Below are positions 61,824-63,008 of a DNA stretch of 63,008 nucleotides, in pieces. Position 1 is the first letter of the stretch, and each line of letters starts with the position of its first letter. The DNA is from Gekko japonicus (Eukaryota), in contig NW_015176458.1 in the NCBI RefSeq assembly GCF_001447785.1, forward strand, positions 1,612,216-1,675,223, written 5' to 3'. Under the pieces are notes generated by a model. That model saw nothing but the letters and a program-made list of their open reading frames with translations. It had not been told where the DNA came from and searched no databases. Made by a program: the position numbers and the translations under genes.

Positions 61824-63008
61824 CAATTATCAACACACCCATTTAGAATAATTTCATGGAATGTTGCAGGATGGTTTCGTTGTTTAACTAACTCACCAGA
61901 TAATCCTTTCCTTCATCAGAAATGTGATATTTTAGCAATTCAAGAGACATGGACAGAGCAAGAAATTACCCTACAAGGTTTTAATACTTACTTGTTGAAA
62001 GCTAAAGGAGGAAAGGGTCCGGGAAGGTTGAAAGGTGGTCTGGCAATATTAATCTCAGCCTCTCTGGAGTTTAAATGTATAGAGAAACCCCCCCTTGACT
62101 CAAGAGCTATGACAATAGTTCTGCATAGTAAAACAAAGAGTCTGATTTTAATAATTGTCTATATTCCTCCTCTTTCACTAAAAGTCCAATTAGATGAAGC
62201 TTGGAGCTCCCTAGAGAGTTATATAGTAAATCTAATTGTGGAGCATCTGGAGGCCAATGTTTTACTTCTTGAAGATTTTAATGCTCACCTTGGCCCAGGT
62301 GATCCAAGTCTGGAATTTAAATATAAGGAATTTTTTAGTAACTCGTACGACTCTTATAAATTTTCTCCTCTTCCTAGGTGTTTTAAGGATTCCACTTCAA
62401 ATGTTGCAGGTTTATATCTAGCCAAAATGGCCTATAAATTGGGTCTGTACATTTTAAATGGTACTTTCTTGGAATATTATCCGGCTGAGTTTACCTATAT
62501 GTTGGGTCAGAGACTTAGCACTATTGATTATATGTTAGCATGCACTTCTCTATTACCTCTAATAACTAACTTTAAGGTGCTTCCATTTTTTTATAGTGAC
62601 CAATTCCCACTCTTCGTCCAATTTAAGTTTCCTTCTTTATTTCAAACCACTTCCCTTCAGCCTTTACATGAAGGTTCCCAGGTATTAGGTCGTAGGGTGA
62701 GATGGTCTCCCCAGATGCAAGCAAAACTCAGAAAAGTAATTGAGGCTAAAAGTTCCCAAATTTCCAAAATTACCTACCAGGAATTTAACATACAGAGTGA
62801 CCTTCTTACATGTTATAATAGATTTGTCCAGGATTTTAAAACTATTCTATGTGAAACCAGATGCAAGCAAAACTCAGAAAAGTAATTGAGGCTAATGGTT
62901 CCCAAATTTTCAAAACTATTTATCAGGAATTTAACATACAGAGTGACCTTCTTACATGTTACAATAGAATTGTCCAGGATTTTAAAACTATTCTATGTGA
63001 ACCTAAAG
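61824..63008 (+). pseudogene. LINE ORF2 N-terminal apurinic-like endonuclease domain
   Basis: Translation from 61824 reads QLSTHPFRIISWNVAG...DILAIQETW...GRLKGGLAILI...VYIPP...LLEDFNAHLG...ILNG...EFTY...STIDY...SDQFPL. These are EEP/APE motifs, with GDFN decayed to EDFN and SDH to SDQ. A 146-bp internal duplication near 62857 causes a frameshift. Confidence 0.92.

Larger units (their letters stand above)
60047..63008 (+). mobile_element. Two-ORF non-LTR retrotransposon (LINE, probably RTE-X-like), truncated by the window end
   Basis: ORF1-like frames at 60564-61823 are followed by an AP-endonuclease ORF. The 5' boundary is inferred from the point where a Squam3-like SINE tail is interrupted (~60046). 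The clade assignment is by motif resemblance only. Confidence 0.85.

Overview
This is vertebrate genomic DNA, most likely a gecko or other squamate. The inference rests on Squam3-like, Squam2-like, Sauria and 5S-derived SINEs, CR1/L2/L1/RTE LINE fragments and many hAT and Harbinger-like MITEs. It comes from a gapped assembly (N runs at 23993-24009 and 33696-34100). I could not support any host protein-coding exon, so the window looks intronic or intergenic, and most listed short ORFs are spurious. All recognisable coding sequence is transposon-derived: a decayed BED-finger hAT transposase (~16.2-16.6 kb), L1-type ORF1 pieces (30.6-32.6 kb), L2 and CR1 ORF2 fragments, and a two-ORF LINE running off the right end (from ~60 kb). 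The best finding is in that LINE. ORF1 and the Met-less endonuclease ORF2 are in the same frame, separated only by TGA-CAA-TTA, the classical stop-CARYYA leaky-termination context, which suggests ORF2 is made by stop-codon readthrough. Other highlights are an ORF1-only (HAL1-like) L1 derivative, a Sauria-SINE/A-rich-tail chimera flanked by an 80-bp direct repeat, a 1.82-kb tandem duplication with lopsided divergence, a foldback insertion with a triplicated target site, multi-level nested insertions and two solo LTRs with 5-bp TSDs. Repeat family names come from my recall of consensus sequences, not from a database search. Coordinates of decayed repeats are approximate.
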